38,630 bases of DNA from an uncultured bacterium (GCA_937998345.1 CALLDH010000169.1:1-38630), one strand, 5' to 3'; positions 1 to 10,097 are shown, numbered from the stretch's first letter. The notes: generated by a model from the letters alone, not told the origin. Made by a program: numbers and translations.

Positions 1-1233
1 CAGCCTCTTCTCTACCAGGTCGCGACGGCGGCTTTGCATCCCGGGACGATTGCTGCGCCCATTCGAAGTCTCGTGAGCAAACAGGCAAATTGTCGCGTGC
101 TGATGAAGGAGGTCAACGGCGTTGATGTCGATACGCAGACCATAGACGTTGGAGGCGAACCATATATCTATGACTATCTGCTCCTCGCCACCGGCTTCGA
201 GACGAACTACTTCGGCAACGAGTCGTGGAAGAAGTACGCCCCAGGGATGAAGACGATCGATGAGGCCACGGACGTCCGCGCCCGGTTCCTGCTCGCCTTC
301 GAACAGGCGGAGTTCGAGCAGGACGAAGCGGCAAAGCGAGCGGCGCTCACCTTTGCCATCGTTGGCGCTGGGCCCACAGGTGTCGAAATGGCCGGCGCGT
401 TGGCCGAGGTTGCGGACGACATGCGAAAAGACTTTCGGTCCATCGACACGAGGACCGCTCGCATCATCCTGCTCGACTTCGCAGATCGAGTGCTGAGCTC
501 GTTCGACCCGGCCTTGTCGGAACGGGCCAAGCGGGACCTCGAGTCCCTGGGCATCGAGGTGCTTCTGGGTACGAGAGTCACGGACCTCGACGACAAAGGC
601 CTAACCGCCGAGACCCCTGATAGGCCAATTCGGATCGATGCAAACAACGTCATTTGGGCGGCCGGCGTCAAAGGCGGTCCTTTGGGGGAAACTCTCGGCG
701 CCGAGCTCGACCGGGGGGGACGCGTCATCGTAGGCGACGACCTCTCGGTCCCAGGCCACCCCAACGTATTCGTCGCCGGGGACATGGCCCTTCGTCTCGA
801 CGACGAGACGGGCCAACCGGTGCCCGCGGTTGCCCAAGGTGCAATTCAAGGGGGCAAGTTTGTCGGGAAGACGATCGCGGCCGAGATCGCAGCTTCACGA
901 AGAGGTGAGCCCGAGCCGCTGCGCAAGCCCTTTCACTATGACGACCGAGGCTCCATGGCGATCATCGGTCGGAACCGCGCTGTCGCCGAAATCGGCAAGC
1001 TCCGGTTTGGCGGCTACTTCGCTTTCCTGATGTGGGCCCTGATTCACATCCTGTTCCTGATCGACTTTCGCAGGAAGCTGGTTGTGTTTGTCGAATGGAC
1101 TTGGCTCTACTTCACGGGAGGCCGCGGCGCGCGCCTCATCACCGGCGACGACCGAATGCCCAAAGTGATCAAGCCGCCACCTGATTATCGGGCGAAGGCC
1201 CGTGATTCCCTGCCCCATGCGCCGAGTCAGTAA
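1..1233 (+). CDS. ndh: Type II NADH:quinone oxidoreductase, 5'-truncated by window edge
   Basis: Frame is open from base 1 (QPLLYQVATAALHP...), so the true start is upstream. Motifs: YDYLLLATG, IVGAGPTGVEMAG, WAAGV, VFVAGD, AQGAIQ and a C-terminal amphipathic WALIHILFL segment. Confidence 0.92.
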   Translation, partial: QPLLYQVATAALHPGTIAAPIRSLVSKQANCRVLMKEVNGVDVDTQTIDVGGEPYIYDYLLLATGFETNYFGNESWKKYAPGMKTIDEATDVRARFLLAFEQAEFEQDEAAKRAALTFAIVGAGPTGVEMAGALAEVADDMRKDFRSIDTRTARIILLDFADRVLSSFDPALSERAKRDLESLGIEVLLGTRVTDLDDKGLTAETPDRPIRIDANNVIWAAGVKGGPLGETLGAELDRGGRVIVGDDLSVPGHPNVFVAGDMALRLDDETGQPVPAVAQGAIQGGKFVGKTIAAEIAASRRGEPEPLRKPFHYDDRGSMAIIGRNRAVAEIGKLRFGGYFAFLMWALIHILFLIDFRRKLVVFVEWTWLYFTGGRGARLITGDDRMPKVIKPPPDYRAKARDSLPHAPSQ

Positions 1234-1273
1234 AAGGAGCGTACCTCTGGGGTGAAGTCAGCTTGCGCGTCCG

Positions 1274-1305
1274 TTTGAAGACCTTAGACGCTCAACATGA
1301 GTCGC
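1274..1305 (+). repeat. 32-bp direct repeat, copy 1 (promoter/start-codon block)
   Basis: tttgaagaccttagacgctcaacATGagtcgc; 30/32 identical to 5707-5738. Confidence 0.9.
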
Positions 1306-1785
1306 TCAACTCTCCCTCTCATCATCGCGTTCCCACTCGCCTTCGCGGTTGCGGCAAACGCCGCGATCGACTTCACGCTCGACGACCAGTACGAGAAGCC
1401 ACACACCCAAGCGGACATCTTCGCCGGCAGAGCGGTAGTCATGATGGCAGGGATGGAACGCAAGACCCCGGACGCTATGGAGGCCTGGGACAAAGCACTT
1501 CGGCGGAAGGCGCCGCCGACCGTGCTTGTCGTGGGGCTGAGCAACCTCGAGGGCGTCCCCTTCTTCGTTCCAAAGAGCTCGATCAAGAAGGCCCTCGTGA
1601 AACAGCTCCCAAACACAGTCGTGTTGTGCGATTGGAAGGGTAAGACCTACGCGAAGCTGGGCTTCCCGAAGGGCTCGACGATCTCGGTCGCAGTCTTCGA
1701 TGCCCACGGCAAGCGCCTGGGCGTCGTCGATGGACCCGTTACCGACGAGCGAATGGCGCAAGTCCTCGCACTCCTCCCGCCGTGA
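1297..1785 (+). CDS. Secreted hypothetical protein, probable thioredoxin-like fold without CxxC
   Basis: Signal peptide, then DFTLDDQY, VLCDWKG and VFDAHGK segments typical of redoxin-like folds. Confidence 0.7.
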   Translation: MSRSTLPLIIAFPLAFAVAANAAIDFTLDDQYEKPHTQADIFAGRAVVMMAGMERKTPDAMEAWDKALRRKAPPTVLVVGLSNLEGVPFFVPKSSIKKALVKQLPNTVVLCDWKGKTYAKLGFPKGSTISVAVFDAHGKRLGVVDGPVTDERMAQVLALLPP

Positions 1786-1903
1786 AATAGCGGAACTTTG
1801 GGAACGAAGCCCGGATGATGTAGCAGCATGAAAGCCGGTTGGGCGAGCCCTCGGCGCACTGTCACCGCCCGAAGGACCTGACAACCATCGTCGATTGCGA
1901 TAC

Positions 1904-3154
1904 ATGCCCCGAGTGACGGCTCGGGAGCGCCACTTGCTTTGGATCGTGCCGCTTGTGGTGGCGCTTGGCGCAGGAGGCTGGTGGGCGTTCCGCCGCACCG
2001 AGGGTCCGAGAGTCGACGCGATCACCCCGGTCCGCCAGCCGATGGTGCAGACCATCGTCACCTCGGGTCGCGTGGTCCAGCGCCGGCAGTCGAAGCTTGG
2101 CGCAATGATTCCCGGGACTGTCGCCGAGGTGGGAGTCGAGGACGGTGATCGCGTCGAGGCCGAGGCGTTGCTCGTGCGTCTGGCGGATGAAGACGCGCTC
2201 GCCAACCTTGCCGAGGCCGAGGCGTCCGTGTCGGAGGCGGAGGCGAGGCTCGCGCGTGTGCAGGGCGTCGGGAGGCGTATGGCGGAGCAAGCGCTGCGGC
2301 AGGCCACCATCGAGGCGAGGCAGGCCGAGGTAGAGTTTCAGCGGCAGCAGGCACTCGCCGGGAGCGGCGCGGTGAGCGAGCTGACCTTCGAGCGCGCGCG
2401 CCGCGATCGCGACCAGGCGCGGAGCCGGCGTATATCCGCGTCCCTTGAGGTGGCGGCGGCTGCGCCGAAGGGAAGTGACGTGGCCGTGTCGGCTGCAGCG
2501 CTTTCGCGGGCGCAGGCTCGACTCACCGCGGCGCAGGTTGCGGTCGAGCAAACGCGGATTCGCGCACCGCTCCCCGGCGTCGTGCTCAAAAGGCATGTCG
2601 AACCTGGTGAGGTCGTCCAGCCCGGAGAGGCGATCGTGACCTTCGCCGGGGATGGCCCGCTGCAAGTTCGCATTCAACCCGATGAGTCGAACCTCGCACT
2701 GCTGCAATTGGGTCAGCACGCCTTGGTGTCTTCCGAGGCCTTCCCCGAGCAACGGCTCGGGGCATCGATCAGCCGAATCGCACCTTCCGTGGACCCTGTC
2801 CGCGGCACGGTCGAAGTGGACCTGGATATCGAGGACGAAACGGACTTGAGGCCCGACATGACCATGACGGTCGAGATCGAAGTCGGGCGCACGTCGAGTG
2901 CGCTGGTCGTTCCGAGCTGGGCGATCCGTGACCTCGGAAGCGATAGGCCGTGGGTCATGATCGCCAAGGAAGGCGAAGCACGGCGCCGCGATGTCGAGCT
3001 CGGGCTCGAAGGCGACGACGTCGTTGAGGTGGTCTCGGGCCTCAGCACAGACGATCGCGTGCTTTCTCCGATGCTCCCGATCGAGGAGGGCTACCCAGTG
3101 CGTCTACGCAAGGCGCCAGGGGCCGCGAACGTTGGCGACGAGGAGGGCGGCTAG
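1904..3154 (+). CDS. Efflux periplasmic adaptor (MacA/HlyD-like membrane fusion protein)
   Basis: N-terminal TM helix, lipoyl-like halves (GTVAEVGVEDGDRV; IRAPLPGVV...VEPGEVV), alpha-helical hairpin, and C-terminal GDDVVEVVSGL. ATG at 1904 preferred to TTG at 1895. Confidence 0.9.
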   Translation: MPRVTARERHLLWIVPLVVALGAGGWWAFRRTEGPRVDAITPVRQPMVQTIVTSGRVVQRRQSKLGAMIPGTVAEVGVEDGDRVEAEALLVRLADEDALANLAEAEASVSEAEARLARVQGVGRRMAEQALRQATIEARQAEVEFQRQQALAGSGAVSELTFERARRDRDQARSRRISASLEVAAAAPKGSDVAVSAAALSRAQARLTAAQVAVEQTRIRAPLPGVVLKRHVEPGEVVQPGEAIVTFAGDGPLQVRIQPDESNLALLQLGQHALVSSEAFPEQRLGASISRIAPSVDPVRGTVEVDLDIEDETDLRPDMTMTVEIEVGRTSSALVVPSWAIRDLGSDRPWVMIAKEGEARRRDVELGLEGDDVVEVVSGLSTDDRVLSPMLPIEEGYPVRLRKAPGAANVGDEEGG

Positions 3155-4347
3155 TGCTCGCGCTCCAACTTGCATGGAGATTTCTGCGAGAAGGTCGGAC
3201 ACAGTCGTTACTCATCCTCGCCGGCGTCACGATTGGAATTGCCGCATTCGTGTTCGTCTCGGCGATCATCGAAGGCCTTCAAGTCAACTTGCTCGAGCAA
3301 ACCCTCGGTAGCCAGGCGCACATCACCGTCGCTCCCGAAGAAGCGCCTCCACGCGCGCTCATGCGTGCGCCGGGCGTCGCGTTTGCACGGCGGATTGCAC
3401 CGTCCGAGCCGCGGCGGAGGCCCTTCGATCAGTGGCAGCGAGCGGTTCGCCGCGTCGAGGCGACCGACGGCGTGGTTGCGGTCTGCCCGAAAGTAAGCGG
3501 CTCCGCGCTCGCGTACCGGGGCGCCGCCGAGGAGGCGGTGAAGGTGGTCGGCGCAGATGCCGCCCGCTTGCGCCGCATCGTCGACATTCCGGCGAACCTC
3601 GTCGAGGGCCAGTATCGGCTCGGCGGGGATGAAGTCGTCGTCGGCACCAGCCTCGCGGACAAGCTCGGTGCGCGTGTGGGCGATCCGATCCGCGTTCGAA
3701 GCGGCGATCGCGAAAGCGTCCTCAGAATCGTCGGCATCTTCGACATCGGAAACGAGATGGTCAACGGGCGTTGGATGGTCACGTCGCTTCGCAACGCGCA
3801 AACTCTGCTCGGGCGTGTGGGTGACATCACCGAGATCGACGCACGCGTCGCCGACGTGTACGAAGCCGAGCGGATCGCGCGCGAGGTCGAAGCGCGAACC
3901 GGCGTTCCCACAGAGAGCTGGATGGAGCGTAACCGCGATCTGCTCACCGGCCTCCGCTCACAGGACGCTTCCACCACGATGATTCGCGTGTTCGTCCTAC
4001 TCGCCGTTGCGATGGGCATCGCCAGTGTGCTCAGTGTCAGCGTCGTGCAGCGGCGGGGGCAGATCGGAATCCTCCGGGCCGTGGGCACGTCCCGCCAAAT
4101 CGTGCTGGGTGTGTTCCTCTGGCAGGGAGTGCTGTTCGGTTTGGTCGGTGCCGTGCTCGGCTCGCTGGTCGGGGCGCTCGCAGGCGAGCTCATCGAGACG
4201 AGCGCACTCTTCGACATCACCGTGACGCCGCGTCTGTTGTTCACTGCGCTCGGCGTGTCGGTCGCAACGGGTGTTCTTGCGGCTTACCTTCCTGCGCGCC
4301 GGGCGGCGAGGCTCGATCCGGCGGCAGCGATTCGAGGCGACGAATGA
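3154..4347 (+). CDS. ABC transporter permease (MacB/LolE/FtsX family)
   Basis: N-terminal TM, large periplasmic loop, SVVQRRGQIGILRAVG, and C-terminal PARRAARLDP. Overlaps both neighbours. Confidence 0.92.
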   Translation: MLALQLAWRFLREGRTQSLLILAGVTIGIAAFVFVSAIIEGLQVNLLEQTLGSQAHITVAPEEAPPRALMRAPGVAFARRIAPSEPRRRPFDQWQRAVRRVEATDGVVAVCPKVSGSALAYRGAAEEAVKVVGADAARLRRIVDIPANLVEGQYRLGGDEVVVGTSLADKLGARVGDPIRVRSGDRESVLRIVGIFDIGNEMVNGRWMVTSLRNAQTLLGRVGDITEIDARVADVYEAERIAREVEARTGVPTESWMERNRDLLTGLRSQDASTTMIRVFVLLAVAMGIASVLSVSVVQRRGQIGILRAVGTSRQIVLGVFLWQGVLFGLVGAVLGSLVGALAGELIETSALFDITVTPRLLFTALGVSVATGVLAAYLPARRAARLDPAAAIRGDE

Positions 4348-5060
4348 CGATGACACCACCGTTGCTCGAACTCGAAGGAGTTCGCAAATCATACGGAAAC
4401 GGCGTCACAACTGAAATCCTCCACGGAATTGATCTTTCCATCCGGCAGGGCGATCTCGTCGCGCTCATTGGCCCGTCGGGCTCTGGCAAGAGCACCTTGC
4501 TCAATCTGATCGGCCTTCTCGACCGGCCGACGAGGGGGCGCATCGCCATCGAAGGCCAGGCCGCCGAACACCTCGACGACCGCGCCCTTACGGCGCTCCG
4601 GGGCGACAAGCTCGGGTTCATTTTTCAAGCCCACCATTTGCTGCCGGGCCTCACCGTGCTCGAGAACGTGATGCTCCCAAGCGCCGCGTCCCGTGGCGGA
4701 TTTCACCCGAGCATGAGAGCACCCGCAGAGGCGCTGCTCAGCGGCATGGGCCTCGGAGACTGGGTCGACGCCTGGCCGCGCCAACTCTCGGGGGGCATGC
4801 AGCAACGGGTCGCGGTCGCGCGCGCACTGATGAATCAGCCCGCTCTCGTGTTGGCCGATGAACCCACGGGCAACCTCGACACGGCGACCTCCAACCAGGT
4901 CGTCGACCTCCTCCGCGAGCGAAACGCCGAGAGCGCGACCGCCTTCCTGATCGTCACCCACGACCCCACGCTCGCCCGTCGATGCGACCGCGTGGTCGAG
5001 CTCGTCGACGGTGTGGTCGTCTACGACGGGGCGCCCTCGGGAATGAAGAGCTGGGACTGA
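4344..5060 (+). CDS. ABC transporter ATP-binding protein (LolD/MacB-like)
   Basis: Walker A GPSGSGKS, signature LSGGMQQRVA, Walker B VLADEPTGNLD, and VTHD. ATGA overlap with the permease. Confidence 0.95.
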   Translation: MTMTPPLLELEGVRKSYGNGVTTEILHGIDLSIRQGDLVALIGPSGSGKSTLLNLIGLLDRPTRGRIAIEGQAAEHLDDRALTALRGDKLGFIFQAHHLLPGLTVLENVMLPSAASRGGFHPSMRAPAEALLSGMGLGDWVDAWPRQLSGGMQQRVAVARALMNQPALVLADEPTGNLDTATSNQVVDLLRERNAESATAFLIVTHDPTLARRCDRVVELVDGVVVYDGAPSGMKSWD

Positions 5061-5105
5061 ACAAAGCAGCTAGCGCCGGGAGGTATTGGCCCTAGACAAT
5101 GATCC

Positions 5106-5675
5106 ATGGGGCGTCTCCGAACCGGTAAGATCAGTCTCTTGGTGAGCGTGCTACTCGCAATGGGAACGACCACGGCCGCTTCGCAGCCTGTCGACGGGCC
5201 ACCCGCCACCTCGGCCGTTCTGGAACGACTGTACGGAACATATCGCTATGCGGGCGACCCCGCAGCCGCGCACGCTACGATACAGAAGTCCATCGAGGCG
5301 GCGGTGTCGAGCCTTGGATGGTTGGGTCGCAAGGTCGCCGCAAGTCGTCTCGCGAATCACAAAGAGCTTCCCGAACGAATCGAGATCAAACGCAAAGGTG
5401 ACGATGTGTCGGTAGAGATGGGGCAATACTCTGCGATCGCACCAATCGACGGTACCGAACGCGAGCTCGTAGGACCCAATGGAAGAGACTCCAAACTCTC
5501 GTATCGACTGGCCAACGACGAGCTTCAGCAGTTCTTCGTGTTCGAACACGCCAAGCGAAAGTCGACGTATCGCTACAATGAATCGGGCCAGCTCGTCATG
5601 TCGGTCTCGATGACGAGCGAGAAGCTCGCGTCCCCCATCGAGTATGAGCTGGTGTACGCCAAAGCCGCTCCCTAG
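5106..5675 (+). CDS. Secreted hypothetical protein
   Basis: Signal-peptide-like N-terminus, coding-like composition, fills the gap between neighbours. Confidence 0.7.
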   Translation: MGRLRTGKISLLVSVLLAMGTTTAASQPVDGPPATSAVLERLYGTYRYAGDPAAAHATIQKSIEAAVSSLGWLGRKVAASRLANHKELPERIEIKRKGDDVSVEMGQYSAIAPIDGTERELVGPNGRDSKLSYRLANDELQQFFVFEHAKRKSTYRYNESGQLVMSVSMTSEKLASPIEYELVYAKAAP

Positions 5676-5706
5676 AGGAGCGCGGTCCGTGCCTCTTGCC
5701 CATCTC

Positions 5707-5738
5707 TTTCAAGACCTTAGACGATCAACATGAGTCGC
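5707..5738 (+). repeat. 32-bp direct repeat, copy 2
   Basis: tttcaagaccttagacgatcaacATGagtcgc; 30/32 identical to 1274-1305. Confidence 0.9.
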
Positions 5739-6686
5739 ATCGTTCTTTCACTGATTCTCGCCGCGACAAGCACGTCTGCCTGCAATGCTGAACGCGATAC
5801 GTCGCACACCCTGACGTCGTCGACCCCAGCTGCGTCCTCTCTGAAGCTACCTACCCCCGAATCGTTCTCCAAGCAGTACGCGAGCTTCGATGGCTATTGG
5901 TACCGAGGGTTCGCGGAGCTCACACGCTACGCGCTGCGCCAAGCTCGCTACGGAGAGCAGCATGAAGGCGAGGCCGTCTTGATCTTCGTGACGGAGGACT
6001 TCCTCCGTGGCCCTCAAGTCAAGCGGGAGAGGGGGGATTCGTCGGCCGCACTCTCGGTCCTCAAGCTGAACGCTTATCGTCGCTTCTACACCGGTATCTA
6101 CCCGTACACCCTAATGACCTCTTCGTTCACGCCTGCGGCGCGTAGGGATTCGCGAACGCTGAAGGTCAGCAGCTCGATGCAAGAGTGGTGCGGCAACGTG
6201 TACACTCAGATCAATCGTCGCAAGGATGGGCTGCACGTCACGCTGCACTCGTACTTTCAGGATGACGGGGACCAACAATCGATGCTCCCGGAAGCTCCGC
6301 TCGAAGACGGTCTATGGTCACTGATTCGGATCGACCCCTCGAAGATTTCGACCGGGGAGCGGCAAATGATCCCTGCGCTCCACTACATCCGAATGCGTCA
6401 CAAAGCCCTCCGGCCACATCCGGCCGAGGTCAGCAAGATTGACAAGGTCGCGACCGACCTGGTCGACCATCCAGTTTCTGCGGTCCGCGTCGAGTACGCG
6501 CACCTAGGACGCGAGCTCACGATCTATCACGAGCCGGAGTTCCCTTACATCATTCAGGCTTGGGAAGAAAACGTGGGGGCCCAACGAACCACGGCGGTGC
6601 GAACCCACGCCGTCGTCGATGACTACTGGAACCACAACTCCGCCGGGGATTCCACCTACCGCGAGGCCCTTGGGCTACACCACTAG
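5730..6686 (+). CDS. Conserved hypothetical lipoprotein
   Basis: Lipobox-like TSAC. Blocks YWYxGxAELTRY, QARYGE, AVLIFVTEDF, FYTGIYPY and SSMQEWCG recall an uncharacterised conserved family. Confidence 0.75.
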   Translation: MSRIVLSLILAATSTSACNAERDTSHTLTSSTPAASSLKLPTPESFSKQYASFDGYWYRGFAELTRYALRQARYGEQHEGEAVLIFVTEDFLRGPQVKRERGDSSAALSVLKLNAYRRFYTGIYPYTLMTSSFTPAARRDSRTLKVSSSMQEWCGNVYTQINRRKDGLHVTLHSYFQDDGDQQSMLPEAPLEDGLWSLIRIDPSKISTGERQMIPALHYIRMRHKALRPHPAEVSKIDKVATDLVDHPVSAVRVEYAHLGRELTIYHEPEFPYIIQAWEENVGAQRTTAVRTHAVVDDYWNHNSAGDSTYREALGLHH

Positions 6687-6767
6687 CCCGTAACCGGTTC
6701 GGGCTCTGGTCAGCATCCACTCGTGGAGTTTCCGGGCAGGCTGCGGAGCCAAGCTGCAGATTGCAAT

Positions 6768-7916
6768 TCACGTGCTCGTTGCCCGCCGGATGCCCCGGTA
6801 GATGACTTTGCCAACCGCGACGGGAAACAGTAGCCGCTGAACGGCCCATCGCGGGAAGCGGAAGCTACTGCCGTCGGGACGGAACACCCGAAGCCCGTCT
6901 TCCTGGACGCCCAGAATCGACCCCCAACGATATGGCGGCGGGCTGTACTGCTTCATCGCGTGTTCCTTGCCTTTCAGGGTGGCACGGACGTTATGGGCGA
7001 CGAGGCGGTAACCCCAGTTGCGGGCAGAGCTGCGATGCGGATCGGTGGCTGCAATGTCGCCCACGGCGAACACATTCGGATACCCCGGAACGCGCAGAAA
7101 TTGATCGGTCCGTACGAAGCCTCGCTCGTCTAGCATGTCCCCGGGAATGAAGCTGTTGTTCGGCCGCACGTGGCCCACCGACCAGAGGGTGAGGGCGGCC
7201 TCAAACGGGATCTGTCCTGTAGACCAGCTCACCGGACCGGTCGTGAACCGATCGAAGGCAAAGCCTTCGGGAATGAGGGCACGGTGCCCAGGGTGGAGCT
7301 CGACGCCGATCCGCTCGAGGTGGTCCTCGATCCGCTGTCGCACCTTCGGGTGGTAGCCCGGGAGTGGCTGGGGCTCGCTGTAGAAGAAATGGACCGTCTT
7401 GTCGGGGTACCTCTCCCGGACATTCGCGGCGACGCTGACGCCCGTCGCACCGCCGCCGATGATTGTGATGCTGTCTGCCTCGGCGATCTGCTCGGCCGCG
7501 CGACGGATGCCGTCCCTGATGCTCGTTAGATCCTCTAGCGCATCGTTGCGCCAGAAACCGTTTGCGACACCAGAAGAAATGACCAACGCGTCGTAGGGCT
7601 CGATCTGCTGATCCCCGTCGGGCAAGGTGACGGTGACCTGCTGCGCGCTCGTATCCAAATCGGTGATCCGGCCCTGTAGGACCTGCACGTCGTCCAGTCG
7701 CGGATAGCGGCCGAAGGACATGAGGTAGTTCTGCTTCCATACTTCAGGCCGCGTGAGGCGCGTCCCGAGCTCTTGTCCACTCACGAGGCAGGGCTTGGTG
7801 CTGATCCCGAGGACTTCGAATCCAGGGCCAAGATGAATCGCAACCAGTAGGCCCGTATCACCGAGCCCTGCAATGACCACGCGGGGGCGTGGCGACCGCC
7901 GACCAACGCGCCTCAT
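6768..7916 (-). CDS. FAD-dependent pyridine nucleotide-disulfide-type oxidoreductase (AIF/FSP1-like)
   Basis: VVIAGLGDTG, YDALVISSG, IIGGGATG, VFAVGD. Start at ATG 7916 by ATGA overlap with the SDR stop. Confidence 0.85.
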   Translation of the reverse strand: MRRVGRRSPRPRVVIAGLGDTGLLVAIHLGPGFEVLGISTKPCLVSGQELGTRLTRPEVWKQNYLMSFGRYPRLDDVQVLQGRITDLDTSAQQVTVTLPDGDQQIEPYDALVISSGVANGFWRNDALEDLTSIRDGIRRAAEQIAEADSITIIGGGATGVSVAANVRERYPDKTVHFFYSEPQPLPGYHPKVRQRIEDHLERIGVELHPGHRALIPEGFAFDRFTTGPVSWSTGQIPFEAALTLWSVGHVRPNNSFIPGDMLDERGFVRTDQFLRVPGYPNVFAVGDIAATDPHRSSARNWGYRLVAHNVRATLKGKEHAMKQYSPPPYRWGSILGVQEDGLRVFRPDGSSFRFPRWAVQRLLFPVAVGKVIYRGIRRATST

Positions 7917-8878
7917 GTGAGCTTCGCTTGACGATCGTCTGCGAGCGACTCGAGAGTGCCTGACCATCCGCTGTAGCGGCAGAGCTCGGACCACAAGGCC
8001 TCGCGCTCCTCGGCGGTTTCACGAGTTCTGGCGAACCGATGGGTTGGGCGTGGCGTTCGATCGTGCCAGAACTTGCCCGTGCTTCGCCCGGCTTCGTCTG
8101 CGGCGCAAAGCCAGACGATGGTATCTGCACCTTGCGCAGGGCTTCGCAAAAGCGCCTTCGTGAGCCTGTAGAAGCGCGGGAGAGAGGTTGAAACTCCCGG
8201 CGTGTCGGCCCATCCGGGATGCATGGAGTGCACGACCACGCCGCACGGAGCGAGCGCGCCGGCCCAAAGTTCGGTCAAGATGACCTGGCCCCGCTTTGTC
8301 CGGGCGTAGGCCTTCGCTCCGTCATATGTTCCGTGCGCGCTCTGCAGGTCGCTCACCGAGATGCGCTGAGCATACATACCGCCAGACGCCACATTGATGA
8401 TGCGCGCGGACGCGGCGAGTTTGGGGACCAGCAAATTCGTCAGCAAAAAGTGTCCGAGAAGGTTCGTCGCAAACGTGGTTTCGATGCCCTCAGCCGTCTC
8501 GGTGCGAGTAGGCAACAGGACTCCGGCGTTGTTGACGAGAATGTGAATCGGGGCTTCGATTCGCTTGGCGAGCGCGCGTACGTCGGACATCAAACTAAGG
8601 TCTGCGACCTCAATCCCGACGGCAGCGCTGCCAGTCTGCTCGGTGATGCCCGCTGCGACTTGTTCCGTCTTGTCTCGATTGCGCCCGACGAGCTGTACAG
8701 TCGCGCCGAGGCGCGCCAACTCCGTCGCGGTCTGCTTTCCCAGGCCGGATGTCGCTCCCGTGACCACGGCCGTCCGGCCTGTGAGGTCCGCATCGATGCT
8801 CGAGTGAGACCGCCAGCGGTAGCCAAGCGACGTATACCCGAGCAAAGACTTGTCCAAGATCCGATCACGCATCCACAC
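7913..8878 (-). CDS. Short-chain dehydrogenase/reductase (DHRS12-like)
   Basis: TGATSGLG, NNAG, catalytic YARTK, MHPGWADTPG. Confidence 0.92.
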   Translation of the reverse strand: MWMRDRILDKSLLGYTSLGYRWRSHSSIDADLTGRTAVVTGATSGLGKQTATELARLGATVQLVGRNRDKTEQVAAGITEQTGSAAVGIEVADLSLMSDVRALAKRIEAPIHILVNNAGVLLPTRTETAEGIETTFATNLLGHFLLTNLLVPKLAASARIINVASGGMYAQRISVSDLQSAHGTYDGAKAYARTKRGQVILTELWAGALAPCGVVVHSMHPGWADTPGVSTSLPRFYRLTKALLRSPAQGADTIVWLCAADEAGRSTGKFWHDRTPRPTHRFARTRETAEEREALWSELCRYSGWSGTLESLADDRQAKLT

Positions 8879-8941
8879 TACCTGGGACCAGTCGCATCGA
8901 TCCGCAACCGAGGCGCCGACGCGTCATTCGTACCTCCGACG

Positions 8942-9177
8942 TCAGACTGCCTTCGTGTCGAGCGCCGCATGGATTTCCGTCAGGAGCGAAGCTCGATCGT
9001 AGGCGTGGAGCTTTGTGCTCACCGCGTGAAGAAACACGCTTGCGAACTCGGGCTTTCTCGGATGAGTCGCTGCGCCTGGGCCTTGTCGACCTGGCCGAGT
9101 GTCGTGGGGCCGAAGGCGCGCGCATCGAGGATTCGGATCGGCATGCGATTGTAAGCAATTGAGCATTCTTCCAGGCG
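8942..9177 (-). pseudogene. C-terminal remnant of a probable cyclic-nucleotide-binding domain protein, frameshifted
   Basis: ...PIRILDARAFGPTTLGQVDKAQAQRLIRE joins KPEFASVFLHAVSTKL... if one A is added in the run at 9054-9056. No intact 5' end. Confidence 0.4.
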
Positions 9178-9547
9178 AGGATAGGGTAGGAAAACAGCCG
9201 TTGCCCAAGCACCTGATTACTATGGGCCCTGACGACCATCGACTCTTCCGTCCGGCGCACGTGTGCTTCCTTGCCATTGGTTGTCTGCTGCTTGCAAACC
9301 ACCATGCCCACGCACAATCGCCTGGGGACGACGCAACCCCGGCCGTGCCCTTTCCGCAGGACGAGAGAGGCAGCGTCCCACGGAGCGCGCCAGGTGTGTC
9401 TTGCCGTCTACACGACGGAGCCCAGGCGCGCGGGTGCTCCCAACAACGCGCCCACTGCGTCCCCCAAAGCACGCTTCCGATTCTTGAATGGGCTATCCGG
9501 ACGCACCGGTGCATCGGCAACCCGTTCAGGTCGACCGCTTCCATGCG

Positions 9548-9685
9548 TTAGGTCTGGACCGCGGCGCCATGCACGCGGCACATGCACCAGGTGCCTTGTG
9601 GAAACACGACACTTCGGAGCCCCGTACGCCACTGCTCAAGCGCGTGCCGGTGGGCCCGCCGAAACGCGCGAACCTCTCGAAGCGA
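9548..9685 (-). pseudogene. C-terminal remnant of the same RAYT-like transposase family
   Basis: LREVRAFRRAHRHALEQWRTGLRSVVFPQGTWCMCRVHGA aligns with VKRVRAFKAQYARALGAWTAGDRSACFPEGTWWMRVCHGA of 16180-17097. Confidence 0.8.
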
Positions 9686-9693
9686 AGGGCTAG

Positions 9694-10097
9694 CTAACTC
9701 TGCCCGGTCGGCTTGGCGTTGGCTTGAAGCACCCCACTGAACGAGTCGCGGTATGCCCACGCCAAGAAAAGCTGCATGACGACGATGAAGATCGCCATGC
9801 CCAGCCCAGCCTTGTCCATGAAAGTGTGGAAGAGGAGAATGTGGACCGACACGAGCGCGAGCAAGATCAGTCCGAGGGGAAGGAACCGCCCCGTCAGGAT
9901 CATCAGGACGGCGACCAGCTCGACCAGCTTCACGGCGATCATGAAGTACCCGGTGGCGACCAGCGCGCCCATCAACGACCCTGCAGCTTCGTTATCTCCG
10001 GCGCGGGAATGAAACTGAATTGGAAGAACCCGTGCAAACCAAACACCACGAAGATCAAACCCAGCAGCACACGTGCTCCGATGATGACAAACTTCAA
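9694..10097 (-). pseudogene. DoxX-family membrane protein with a 1-nt frameshift (pseudogene or sequencing error)
   Basis: SD aagggag then TTG at 10097: MKFVIIGARVLLGLIFVVFGLHGFF...PAPEI. Frame shifts near 9991-9995 to EAAGSLMGALVATGYF...LFLAWAYR. Confidence 0.8.

Noticed and set aside
1792-1825. ECF sigma promoter suggested by GGAACTT
   Set aside because: No convincing -10 element at the expected spacing.
9440-9556. Integron attC site suggested by GTTAGGT/ACCTAAC
   Set aside because: No matching partner box or convincing stem, and no integrase; the sequence is simply the remnant's stop codon.
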